From Malacoraja senta (lineage: Eukaryota), in assembly GCA_038087875.1 (NCBI GenBank), contig JAXLNO010000253.1, forward strand, positions 62,001 through 126,000: DNA of 64,000 nucleotides, written 5' to 3'. Made by a program: the position numbers and the translations under genes. Below are positions 47,649-59,284 of this stretch, in pieces. Position 1 is the first letter of the stretch. Each line of letters starts with the position of its first letter. The notes beneath the pieces are model-generated. The model saw nothing but the letters and a program-made list of their open reading frames with translations. It ran no database searches and was not told the DNA's origin.

Positions 47649-48917
47649 ATGAGTGACGTGTGTGGCAAGGCCTGGCGGTGCCCGAGCGAGCTGGAGATCC
47701 ACCAGCGGTTGCACACGGGAAAACGCCCCTTCGACTGCTTGGAGTGCGACAAGAGCTTCAAGATGGCGAAACAGCTGAAGATGCACCAGCGGGTTCACAC
47801 TGGCGAGAAGCCCTATTGCTGCGGCACCTGCGGCAAGAACTTTGCCCAGTTGTCGGGGCTGAGGAACCACCGGCGGGTGCACAGCAGTGAGCGGCCCTTC
47901 ACCTGCTCCGACTGCGGCAAAGGCTTCAAGTCGTCACTGGAACTGAAGGTACACAGGCGTGTGCACACCGCGGAGCGGCCCTACACCTGCGTCCAGTGCG
48001 GGAAGGGTTTCTCCTTCTCCGGCAACCTGCGGAGGCACCAGCGCACCCACACCGGCGAGCGCCCCTTCACCTGCGCCCAGTGTGGCAAGGGTTTCGCCTT
48101 CTCCGGCAACCTGCTGAGGCACCAGCGCACCCACACCGGCGAGCGTCCCTACACCTGCAGCTACTGCGGCAAGCGCTTCACCCAGTCCAGTCACCTGTTG
48201 TCCCACCAGCGCACCCACACCTGTGAGCGCCCCTTCACCTGCGCCCAGTGTGGCAAGGGTTTCACCCAATCCAGTCACCTGCTGTCACACCAGCGCACCC
48301 ACACCGGTGAGCGCCCCTTCACCTGCGCCCAGTGTGGCAAGGGTTTCACCCTCTCCGGCAACCTGCGGTCCCACCAGCGCACCCACACCGACGAGCGCCC
48401 CTACACCTGCGTCCAGTGCGGCAAGGGTTTCGCCCTCTACAGCAACCTGCTGAGGCACCAGCGCACCCACACCGGCGAGCGTCCCTACACCTGCAGCTAC
48501 TGCGGCAAGGGCTTCACCCGCTCCATAAACCTGCTGAGGCACCAGCGCACCCACACTGGCGAGCGCCCCTACATCTGCAGCTACTGCGGCAAGGGCTTCA
48601 CCCTCTCCGCCACCCTGCTGAGGCACCAGCACACCCACACCGGCGAGCGCCCCTTCACCTGCGCCCAGTGCGGCAAGGGCTTCGCCAGCTCCACCAGACT
48701 GCTGTCCCACCAGCGGGTGCACACCGGCAACCGTCCCGTTCCCTGCCCGGTGTGTGGAGAGCGCTTTACCATGGCCTCCCACGCCCTGTCTCACCATTGC
48801 GTGCACACCAGTGGCCAACCCTACGACTGCCCGTACTGCGGTGAGGAGTTTGACAGCTCGCGGGGGTTACGGCAGCACCGGCGGACCCACGCCGGCGAGC
48901 AGCTGCTCCCACTGTGA
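47649..48917 (+). CDS. Tandem C2H2 zinc-finger protein (14 complete fingers plus one N-terminal broken finger, no effector domain seen); possibly a pseudogene
   Basis: Repeated Cx2C...HxxxH with TGERPY/F linkers. Exon starts after the acceptor at 47478. Frameshift scars at both ends. Confidence 0.88.
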   Translation: MSDVCGKAWRCPSELEIHQRLHTGKRPFDCLECDKSFKMAKQLKMHQRVHTGEKPYCCGTCGKNFAQLSGLRNHRRVHSSERPFTCSDCGKGFKSSLELKVHRRVHTAERPYTCVQCGKGFSFSGNLRRHQRTHTGERPFTCAQCGKGFAFSGNLLRHQRTHTGERPYTCSYCGKRFTQSSHLLSHQRTHTCERPFTCAQCGKGFTQSSHLLSHQRTHTGERPFTCAQCGKGFTLSGNLRSHQRTHTDERPYTCVQCGKGFALYSNLLRHQRTHTGERPYTCSYCGKGFTRSINLLRHQRTHTGERPYICSYCGKGFTLSATLLRHQHTHTGERPFTCAQCGKGFASSTRLLSHQRVHTGNRPVPCPVCGERFTMASHALSHHCVHTSGQPYDCPYCGEEFDSSRGLRQHRRTHAGEQLLPL

Positions 48918-49129
48918 CAAGAGAGCACGGGGGCTGCGGGAGCACCAGCGGCTACACACCGGAGAGAGACCTTATGTGTGCACTGAGTGTGGCAAGGGTT
49001 TCACCCACCTTGACCACCTGCTGGAGCACCGACGAGTCCACACCGGCCAGCGCCCCTTCACCTGCCTGCTCTGCAGCAAGCCCTTTGCCCGCTCCTCCAG
49101 CCTGCTGGCACACCGCCACGTGGATAGAT

Positions 49130-51375
49130 TTTTATTTTTTTATTTTTTATTTTATTTTTAAATATTTTCATTTTATTAGAAGTAAGTACAATTGTATACA
49201 ATCATATTTTCATAATACCTTTTATGTACAGCTTCTTATTTTTTAAATTTTTTGTAATAAAGAAGAAAAAGAAAAGAAAATAGAAGTAAGGAGATCATTT
49301 ATAATCTTGACCATCCGCAGTCACGGATTAGCTTTTACACCTGTGTTGCACCATATGTTTCCAAAAAGACGACAAATGGAGACCAACTCGTTATGAATTG
49401 GTCAAATTTATCTATTAGGAGGAATCGCATTTCCTCAAAATTTCCTCAACATACTTGCAATCCACATTTTGAGCGTTGGTATTGGTGTATTTTTCCAAAA
49501 TTTCAATATTAATTTTTTTGCTATTATTAAACCATAATTAAAAATTGACTTTTGAGATGAGCTCAATTTGTTCCTGTCTTCCATTACCCCAAATATAATC
49601 AATTCATTATTGGGTTCCATTTTTGTCTTAAATAATGTTGTAAATATTTCGAAAATATCACTCCAAAATCCATGAAGTTTTATACAAGAAACAAAAGAGT
49701 GTGTTATAGTTGCGTCTTGGGTTAAACATTTATCGCAAATGGGCGATATATTTGGATAACATTTATTTAATCTTGTTTTTGAGTAATAAAATCTATGTAA
49801 AATTTTAAATTGGATTAGATTATGTCTTGCGTTAATCGAACACTTGTGAATGTATGTCAAATACTTTTCCCATGTAGCCTTCATAATTTTTATCAATAAT
49901 TCCCGTTCCCACTCTTCTCTAATTACCTCGGTCACAGGTAAATCTATATTTAAGATACTATTATATAAATATGATATTAATTTTTGTGTATCAGCTTTTA
50001 TATTCATTACTTCTAGTAAATCAGGAGTTATTTTTTTATATCCCTGTATGTATGTCTTCAAAAAATTACAAATCTGAAAATATTTAAAATAATGAGTGTT
50101 TTTCAGTTTAAATTTTAATTGTAATTGTTGAAATGATAATAAATCTCCCATTTCATACATGTCCCCGATCCTTTTAATTCCTAAACTTTCCCATTGATTA
50201 TATATTTTATCCATCATAGATGGTTTAAATAAAGGATTATTCGCTATCGGTGTTAACAATGATAGGTTTCTTAATTTTAAGGATAATTTTATTTGTTTCC
50301 ATATTCTTATTGTATCTTGTATAATTGGGTTTTTCTTATATATTGTATTGTTCATTTTTTTCGGGGAGAAGAGGATTGTTCCTATATTACAAGGATAACA
50401 ATCCTCTTTCTCCATTTTTATCCATTCTGTCTGTTGAGTTGAACTATCCAACCAGTAAATTATATTCTTAATATGTATTGCCCAATAGTAATACAAACAA
50501 TTAGGGAGTGAAAGTCCCCCGACATCTTTTGGTTTACATAAGTGTTCTTTTTTAATTCTATGTGATTTATAATCCCAAACAAAATTAGTAATATTAGCGT
50601 TCAGTTTAGAAAAAAAATATTTTGGTACATATACTGGTATAGATTGAAATAGGTATAATAACTGTGGTAGGAAGCTCATTTTAATAGCATTTATTCTGCC
50701 TATCAATGATAAAGGGAGTGTTTTCCAAAATTTTATCATTATATTAAGTTTATTTATTAAGGGTATAAAATTGGCATTGAATAAAGCTTTATGTTTTCTA
50801 GTAATCTGAATACCCAAATATTTGAATTTTTCTGTTGCTATTTTAAAGGGGAATTTCAATAAGTGTGTAGATTCTTGAGGTTTTAACGTCATGATTTCAC
50901 TTTTGTTCCAGTTTATTCTATATCCAGAAAAGGACCCAAATTCCTCTATTAAATTTAATAAATTTGGTATTCTCGTTTGTGAATTTGTTATATATAACAA
51001 AATATCGTCTGCATACAATGAAATTTTATTATTTGAGTCCCTAGTATTATAACCCTGAATATTCAGATGGCTTCTTATACTTTCAGCCAGAGGTTCTATC
51101 ATAAGGGCAAATAGCAGGGGTGATAAAGCACATCCCTGCCTATTACCCCTTGATAATTGAAATTTTTTAGATAACATGCTGTTAGTTAATATTCTTGCCA
51201 TCGGTTTATCATATAATAATTTCACCCATGCAATAAAATTCTCTCCCATATTAAATTTTTGTAATACTTTGTATAAATACTGCCATTCTACCTGATCAAA
51301 TGCTTTCTCTGCGTCCAAAGAAATAATTGCTAAGTCTTCTTCCTCCACTTTATGTGAGTACATTACATTAAACAG
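49130..51375 (-). mobile_element. L1 LINE, 5'-truncated, inserted in the ZNF 3' region
   Basis: ORF 49435-51456 (DAEKAFD, RQGCALSP, LYADD). A-rich tail at ~49130-49160. TSD cgccacgtggatagat at 49114-49129 and 51376-51391. Confidence 0.95.
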
Positions 51376-51404
51376 CGCCACGTGGATAGATAGGGGCTGT
51401 TTAG

Positions 51405-51662
51405 GTAGACACAAAATGCTGCAAGGAATGGGTAACGTTTCAGGGTCGAGACCCATCTTCAGTGTCGACCTGAAACATCACCCATTCCTTGTCTCCAGAG
51501 ATGCTGCCTGTCCCGCTGAGTTACTCCAGCACTCTGAAATGTCACCTATCCATGTTCTACAGAGATGCTGCCTGACCCGCTAAGTTACTCCAGCACTCTG
51601 AATGTCACCTATCCATGTTCTCCACAGATGCTGCTTGACCTGCTGAATTACTCCAGCACTCT
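51405..51662. mobile_element. Penelope-terminal-repeat-derived palindrome with a tandemly repeated ~62-nt unit
   Basis: gaatgggtaacgtttcagg...cctgaaacatcacccattcc inverted pair, then three copies of gtcacc...agagatgctgcctg.ccgctgagttactccagcactctg. Confidence 0.6.
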
Positions 51663-52494
51663 GTGTTAGTCATAGAGTGATACAGTGTGGAAACAGGCCC
51701 TTCGGGCCAACTTGCCCCCACCGACTAACATGTCCCAGCTACACTAGACCCACCTGCCTGTGTTTGGTCCATATACCTCCAAACTTGTCCTATCCATGTA
51801 ACTGTCTAACTGTTTCTTGGGATAGTCACAGCCTCAACTACCTCCTCTGACAGTTTGTGCCATACTCCCACCACCCTCTGTGTGAACAAGTTACCCCTCA
51901 GTTTCCTTTTAAATTTTTTCCCCTTCACCTTGAATCCATGTCCTCTGGTCCTCGATCCCCCCCACTCTGGGCAAGGGATTCTGTGCATCTAACTAAATTG
52001 TGTTCTATGCAAGATTCCAGCATCTGCAGTATCTTCTGTCTCCCTCACCTATATCCACCTATCACTTCTGAAGAAAGGTCTCAACCTGAAACATCACCAA
52101 TTCCTTCTCTCTAGAGACGCTGCCTGTCCCGCTGAGTTACTCCAGCATTTTGTGTCCACCTGTCACTTGCCAGGCTTTGTCCAGCCCCCATTTCTCTTTT
52201 CCAGCTTCCTCCCCCCACCCTCTCCACTCAGTCTGAAGAAGGGTCCTGACTCAAAACGTCGTCTGTCCTTTCCCTCTAAAGCAGTGGAGGAACTCAGTAG
52301 GTCAGGCCGCATCTGTAGAGGGAAGGGAATCTAAGGCGACCACTCCCACCTCTCCTTTCCAAATTTCTCCACCCCCCATACCAAGCAGTCTGAAGAAGGG
52401 TCCTGACCTAGAATGTTGCCTGTCCATGCTCTCCAGACATGCAAGTTACTCCAGGAGATTATGTCTCTCTTTGTAAACCGGCATCTGCTGTTCC

Positions 52495-53628
52495 TTCTTT
52501 ATGTATGTGAAGAGGAAAACATTAGTTAAGACCAAAGTTGGACTCTTGAAGACTGAAAAAGGTGAATTTATTATGGGGAACAAGGAAATGGCAGATGAGT
52601 TGAACATTTACTTTGGATCCGTCTTCACTAAGGAGGACACAAACAATCTTCCTGATGTACTAGTGGCCAGAGGATCTGGGGTGACGGAGGAACTGAAGGA
52701 AATCCACATTAGGCAGGAAATGGTGTTGGATACACTGATGGAACTGAAGGCTGATAAATCCCCAGGGCCTGATGGTCTGCATCCCAGAGTACTTAAGGAA
52801 GTGGCTCTAGAAATTGTGGACGCATTGGTGATAATTTTCCAATGTTCCATAGATTCAAGATCAGTTGCTGTGGATTGGAGGGTAGCTAATGTTATCCCAC
52901 TTTTTAAGAAAGGCGGGAGAGAGAAAACAGGGAATTATAGACCAATTAGCCTGACATCAGTGGTGGGGAAGATGCTGGAGTCAATTATAAAAGATGGATA
53001 GCCGCATATTTGGATAGCAGTAACAGGATCGGTCCGAGTCAGCATGGATTTACAAAGGGGAAATCATGCTTGACTAATCTTCTGGAATTTTTTGAGGATG
53101 TAACTAGGAAAATGGACAAGGGAGAGCCAGTGGATGTAGTGTACCTGGACTTTCAGAAAGCATTTGATAAGGTCCCACATGGGAGATTAGTGGGCAAATT
53201 TAGGGCAAAATTATGGTATTGGGGGTAGAGTGCTGACACGGATAGAAAATTGGTTGGCAGACAGGAAACACAGAGTAGGGATTAACGGGTCCCTTTCAGA
53301 ATGGCAGGCAGTGACTAGTGGGGTGCCGCAAGGCTCGGTGCTGGGACCGCAGCTATTTACCATATGCATCAATGAAGAGATTTAAAAGTAACATTAGCAA
53401 ATTTCCAGATGACTCAAAGCTGGGTGGCAGTGGGAACTGTGAGGAGGATGCTATGAGAATGCAGGGTGACTTGGACAGGTTGGAGTGGGCAGATGCATGG
53501 CAGATGCAGTTTAATTTGGATAAATGTGAGGTAGATTATTATCTAAATGGTGTCAAGTTGGGAAATGCGGAGGTACAACGGGATTTAGGGGTCCTTGTTC
53601 CTCAGTGACTGAAAGTAAGCATGAAGGT
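52495..53628 (+). mobile_element. CR1 LINE internal RT fragment
   Basis: ORFs 52501, 53010 and 53318 (KSPGPDG, NYRPISLTS, QHGF, DFQKAFDKVPH). Confidence 0.93.
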
Positions 53629-53712
53629 AATTGAGGGTATTGGGGGTAGAGTGCTGACATGGATAGAACATTGGTTGGCAGACAGGAAACACAGAGTAGG
53701 GATTAACGGGTC

Positions 53713-53950
53713 ACAGACTGGGAAACATATTCTGTAAAAGGGCTGGATGGTAGGAGTTTGTAAAATGTGTGCAGGATAGTTTTTTGCAGCAATACATAGA
53801 GGTACCTACTAGAGAAGGGGCAGTGCTGGACCTCCTGTTAGGAAATGAGACAGGGCAGGTGGCAGAGGTATGTGTTGGGGAGCACCTCGGGTCCAGTGAT
53901 CGCAATACCATTCGTTTCAATATAATTATGGAGAAGGTCAGAACTGGATC
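53713..53950 (+). mobile_element. CR1 endonuclease fragment
   Basis: FLQQYIEVPTREGAVLDLLLGNE...LGSSD. Confidence 0.75.
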
Positions 53951-54245
53951 TCCCGGTTCCCAACCATTTTAACTCCCCTTCCTACTCCCACACTGATGTT
54001 TCTGTCCTGGGCCTCCTCCATTGCCAGAGTGAGGTGACACGCAAACTGGAAGAACAGCACCTCATAGCTTACAGCCCAATGACATGAACATTGAATTCTC
54101 CAAATTAAGGAAACTTTCTCCTCCTAATCAAGTCCTGGAGTCTGTCCCAACCGCATCTCTTTTTTCCAGCTTTCTCCCCCGACTCCATCAGTCCAAAGAA
54201 GGGTCCAGACCCGACATGTCTCCTGTCCATTCCCCTCCAGAGTGC
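53950..54245 (+). mobile_element. Degenerate Penelope 3' end
   Basis: Homologous to 44185-44490 (HFNSPS.S..D.SVLGLLH...RKLEE.HLI). Confidence 0.75.
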
Positions 54246-55259
54246 CGGTAGTACTCAGCAGGTCAGCCATCCGTGGTGAGAACTTTGGCCCTTCCAGCCA
54301 GCACCGCCATTCAATGTGATTCCGCTGTGTGGATGTTTATGTTAGATTTTATTTTATGTGGCTGTGTGTCTTGTTGCTTTTTACTCAGTATGGCTGTATG
54401 GTAACTCAAATATCACTGTACCATAATTGGTGCATGTGACAATAAATACCAACTTGAACTTGATCAGCTTTTGTCTATATATTAAAAAAAAGGATAATGC
54501 TGACTGATCGTGCACAATTGTGACGGCTTGATTTCAAAGACAGGACAGGACAGGGGCATTCCCTGAGGGATTTGCGTGGTTGGAAGAGGTTTCGTCTGTG
54601 TTTTTCTCCCTCGGTTGTTGTCCGGGGAGGAAGGCGGCGGCACTCGGCCCGTCGGGGCTAGGATGCGCGGGAGGAAGGCTGAGCTTGGATTGAGGCTTGG
54701 AAGGCTGAGCTCACCTCCCCTGCCCCGACCCGCATCCGGTCCACCACGGAGGGGGAAGCGAGCAAACCCCACATGGACAGTGTCGGTGGTCGCCCTGCCT
54801 GGCGACATGTCCTTCGGCCCCTCTCGTCCGTACAACCCCGGGCTTTCTGCAACACAATCTTGCACTGTTCTGCACTGGATATTGCATTTATTGCGTTTGT
54901 CATCACTGTATGTACACTGTTTGCTCTGGCGGCTGCGTGTGAACGGGAGATTTCATCGTCTCCCGATCGATGTGCAGAACAACAAACTAATGAAGCATCT
55001 GGAACACAGTTCTCCTGGGTTGCTGCAGGCTGAAGCATCAAACTACTTCCCTGTTGAGCCCCATCAGTCCCACAGCACAGAAACACACAGCCATGCCTAT
55101 CGAAGCTAGTCCCACATGCCCACGTCTGGCCCCTCACCCTCTCTGCCTTTCCCACCCATGCCTTTAGAAAGGAGATGAGGAGGAATTTCTTTAGCCGGAG
55201 GGTGGTGAATCTGTCGAATTCATTGCCCCAGAGGGCGGTGGAGGCCAAGTCACCGGGTA

Positions 55260-55556
55260 TTGTTTAGATTTTAGAGATACTGTGCGGAAACAGGCCCTTC
55301 GGCCCAACAAGTCATCGCCGACCAGTGATCACCCCGTATACTAGCTCCATCCTACACACATTAGGTACAATTTTACAGAAGCCAATTAACCTACAAACCA
55401 GCAGGTCTTTGGAATGCGGAAGGAAACCGGAGCACCCGGAGAAAACCCACACAGGTGACGGGGAGAACTTGCAACTCCGTACAGACAGCACCCGTATTCA
55501 GGATGGAACCCGGGTCTCTGGCGCTGTGAGGCAGCAATTCTACCGCTGCACAACTG
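55260..55556 (-). mobile_element. tRNA-derived SINE (V-SINE/HE1-like)
   Basis: Same family as 47065-47378. Confidence 0.85.
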
Positions 55557-55780
55557 TGTATTTTTCCTATCTATCATTTCATTTGTTACTCACACCAGCA
55601 GAGTTGTGCACAAATGGTTCACATTAATAATGTCAATCTGAGGGGCAACATTTCCACACAGATGGTGGTGGGTGTATGGAATGAGCTGCCGGAGGAGGTA
55701 GTTGAGGCTGGGACTATCACAACGTTTAAGAGACACTTGGATAGGACAGGTTTGGAGGGATATGGGCCAAATGCGGGCAA

Positions 55781-55921
55781 GTGGGACTAGTGTAGATGGA
55801 GCATGTTGGTCGGGGTGGGACTAGTGTAGATGGGGCATATTGGTCGGGGTGGGACTAGTGTAGATGGGGCATGTTGGTCGGGGTGGGACTAGTGTAGATG
55901 GGGCATGTTGGTCGGGGTGGG
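55781..55921. repeat. ~35-bp tandem repeat (4 copies) expanded within a CR1-type 3' tail
   Basis: gtgggactagtgtagatggggcatgttggtcggg, four copies. Confidence 0.9.
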
Positions 55922-56429
55922 CAAGTTGGGCCGAAGGAAGGGCCTGTTTCCATGACTGTTTCCATGCTTTGACTCTATGAACTTCCAAGAGTAACATTCT
56001 CCTTACTCTGGATCATTCATTGTTAATAAAGAAAGTTTACTTTTCCTGTTTAAATGTCCACAGTAAAGTTTAGTCAGAAGTGAGCCCACCTGCTTCAGCC
56101 ATGATGAATTAACAAATCATCACTATTCACTTCTCAGACGTTAGAATTGGTCAGAACATTCCCTCCACCGTGACCCTTGACACCAATGTCCCTTGGGGTC
56201 ATGACCTTGCCACCCACAACTTGTGGCCAGGTCTCAGGCCAATGGGATCCAGACGTCCGTCCACTGGTCAGAACAGTATTTCAGCCACATGAGCAGCAAA
56301 GATGAGATAGAATATGGGAAAGACATTGAGAACCTTCTGTCTTGAAGGGCCGAATGGCCCACTCCTGCACCTATGGTCAGTATAACAATCCATCCCTCAA
56401 CATCAGCAAGACAAAAGAGTTAGCGTTTA

Positions 56430-56890
56430 CAAGAACGACCCCAGGAACGAGTGGGTGAACGTATGATGAGCGTTTGTCGGCGCTGGGCGCTGGGTCTAGA
56501 AGATTGGGTGGGGGGGGAGCTCATTGAAACTTCACCGAACAGTGAAAGGCCCGGATAGAGTGGATGTGGAGAGGATGTTTCCACTAGTGGGAGAGTCTAG
56601 GACCAGAGGGCACAGCCTCAGAATTAAAGGACCTTCCTTTAGGAAGGAGACGAGGAGGAATTTCTTTAGCCAGAGGGTGGTGAATCTGTGGAATTCATTG
56701 CTACAGACGGCGGTGGAGGCCACAAGTCAGTGGATATATTTAAGGCAGAGATAGATAGATTGTTGATTAGTGCGGGTGTTAGGTTATGGGAAGAAGGCAG
56801 GAGAAAGGGGTTAGGAGGGAGAGATAGATCAGCCATGATTGATTGGTGGGGTAGACTCGATGGGCCGAATGGCCTAATTCTGAGTCTGTG
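56430..56890 (+). mobile_element. CR1 3' fragment (older subfamily)
   Basis: RVDVERMFPLVGESRTRGHSLRIKG...FFSQRVVNLWNSL. Confidence 0.85.
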
Positions 56891-57119
56891 TGTTATGGTC
56901 GTCCCTGACTTAAGGAAATGCAAGCAGCCACTTTATGTAAAGAGCAACAAGTCGGAGGGCAATTATTGTCCCGCAGACAACTACTGCCCCAGGTGGATAT
57001 CATTATGTGTGCAACCCACTGGTGGGCGAAGGGTTAATGTGATAACTGGCTGGATTGAAGCTGATTAGAAAATTGTCAGCTGCTGTGTATAAAAGGGGGA
57101 GTTGTGGGAGTGTCTGAGT

Positions 57120-57359
57120 GCAGTTGTCCTGGGCTGTGGATGGGAGCAATGGTCCTGGGCTGTGGGTGGGAGCAGTGGTCCTGGGCTGTGGATGGGAGCA
57201 GTGGTCCTGGGCTGTGGATGGGAGCAGTGGTCCTGGGCTGTGGATGGGAGCAGTGGTCCTGGGCTGTGGCTGGGAGCAGTGGTCCTGGGCTGTGGATGGG
57301 AGCAGTGGTGCTGGGCTGTGGATGGGAGCAGTGGTCCTGGGCTGTGGATGGGAGCAGTG
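57120..57359. repeat. 27-bp minisatellite, about 9 copies
   Basis: ggagcagtggtcctgggctgtggatgg repeated. Confidence 0.95.
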
Positions 57360-57904
57360 CTCAGGGTAGAGACAGGGAGTCGCCCCTTGATTCTGATGTG
57401 GATCTACATCTCCAGGGCATGAGGTCGGTGAGAACAGTATCCCTCTCTACTGAATTGTGTTTGCTTCTTTAATTCTGCTAACTTTTCCTTTCAATTGTTG
57501 TCATTTGAAGTGTCCAGGGTTTTTAATGATTATTTTTTTCTGGTGCAACTGGAATTGTGCTGATTCTGTGCTGTATCTCCGAAACTAAAAGGATGTTTCT
57601 ACTAGCGGGAGAGTCTCGGACCAGAGGGCACAGTGTCAGAATAAAAGGATGTATCTTTACTAAAGTGATGATACCCTAACCTTATCACAACTGAAATTGA
57701 ATCTGACTGATGTAAAATGTAGAAACCAAGACCTGTAGATGCTGGTTTATACCAAAGATAGGCACATTGCTGGAGTGACTGAGTGGGTCAGGCAGCATCT
57801 CTGGATAAACAAGTGATTTTGGGATGGAATAGAAGAAGGTTTTCTTACCCAAAATATCACCCATCCTTTTCCTCCAGAGATGATGCCTGATGTGCTGAGT
57901 TTCT

Positions 57905-58290
57905 CCAGCACTCTTATCATAGTCTTCTCTATATCCCGCAGCTCTGCTCTTAATCCCCATCCCCTACTCGTAACAAGGACAGAGTCCCCCATGTCCTCAC
58001 CTTCCACCCTACCAGCCGTCACATACAACAGATAATCCTCCAACATTTTCACCACCTCCAACGGGAGCCCACCACTGGCCTCATCTTCCCATTCTCCAAT
58101 TTCAGTGGTTTCTCCCTCCTTCCCCTTCCCAGCTCTCCCACAGCCTACTGTCTCTGCCTTTTCCGTCCTTTTTCCCGCACCCCCACCCCAACTTCAGTCT
58201 GAAGAAGGGTCTCGACCTGAAACGTCACCTATTCCTTCTCTCCATAGATGCTGCCTCACCCGCTGAGTTACTCCAGCATTTTTGTCTACC
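57905..58290 (+). mobile_element. Internally deleted Penelope fragment with terminal repeat and hammerhead-like core
   Basis: Homology to 43680-43860. ctgaagaagggtctcgacctgaaacgtcacc at 58199-58229. Confidence 0.75.
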
Positions 58291-58766
58291 TGGATGGGCC
58301 TGCAGTGCGGCGGATGACCACAAGGTGGGGCTGTTGACCATAAATTCGACGGGCCTGCAGTGCGGTGGATCACCACACGGTGGGAGTGTTGACCATAAAT
58401 TGGACGGGCCTGCAGTGCGGTGGATCATACATAGATACATAGAAAATGGGTGCAGGAGTAGGCCATTCGGCCCTTCGAGCCTGCACCGCCATTCAATATG
58501 ATCATGGCTGATCATCCAACTCAGTATCCCGTAACAGGTCGCTCCAATTTGTGGATCACCACACGGTGGGAGTGTTGACCACAAATTGGATGGGCCTGCA
58601 GTGCAGTGGATCACCACACGGTGGGAGTGTTGACCACAAATTGGACGGGCCTGCAGTGTGGCGGATCACCACACGGTGGGAGTGTTGACCACAAATTGGA
58701 CGGGCCTGCAGTGCGGCGGATCACCACACGGTGGGAGTGTTGACCACAAATTGGAGCGACCTGTTA
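58291..58766. repeat. ~55-bp minisatellite interrupted by a CR1 tail (58428-58533)
   Basis: ggatcaccacacggtgggagtgttgaccacaaattggacgggcctgcagtgcgg, about 6-7 copies. Confidence 0.9.
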
Positions 58767-59284
58767 TGTGAATTCACTGCACATTGGGAACGCTGTCTAC
58801 AAATTAGATATTGTGCTCTTTACTGCAAAATGGTTCTTTGTTGCTCTGTGACCCTTTACCTTTCCCCGTAATGCACCCATTGCACAGATGCCAAATTTAG
58901 TAAAAACCCTGAAACCAGGGAAGATTTGGGATGAAAATCAAGGAACTGCAGGTGCTGGTTTACAAAAAAAAGGCACAAAGTGCTGGAGTAACTCAGCGGG
59001 TCAGGCAGCATCTGTGGGGAACATGGATAGGTGAGATTTTGGGTTGGGAGCCTCAGACTGATTTCTGGGTGTGGTTCCATTTCCTTCATGAAGGCAGTAG
59101 CAAGAATGAATTTGTCTCCTGGATAGATGTCCAATTGTGTTTTAATTGGGGCACTTTTTGAAGACTGGTTTTCAGTTGATGACTAATTGTTATGATTAAG
59201 AAGACAGCGAGGAATTTAAAGTGGATCTACATTGTACTTGGTTGAGGAAAGTTAATGTGAACTAGTTGTTAACCTCTTGTGTGA

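Noticed and set aside
47589..48844. Overlapping antisense and alternate-frame ORFs across the ZNF gene
   Set aside because: Shadows of GC-rich repetitive finger codons.
54482..55248. ORFs of 127-196 aa in a GC-rich patch
   Set aside because: No domain or splice structure recognised; probably repeat-derived.
57102..57472. Repetitive Trp/Gly ORFs and a nearby tataaaa
   Set aside because: A 27-bp minisatellite open in all three frames; nothing else supports a gene.
58291..58766. CRISPR-like periodic repeat
   Set aside because: Units are contiguous with no unique spacers, the context is eukaryotic, and there are no cas genes.
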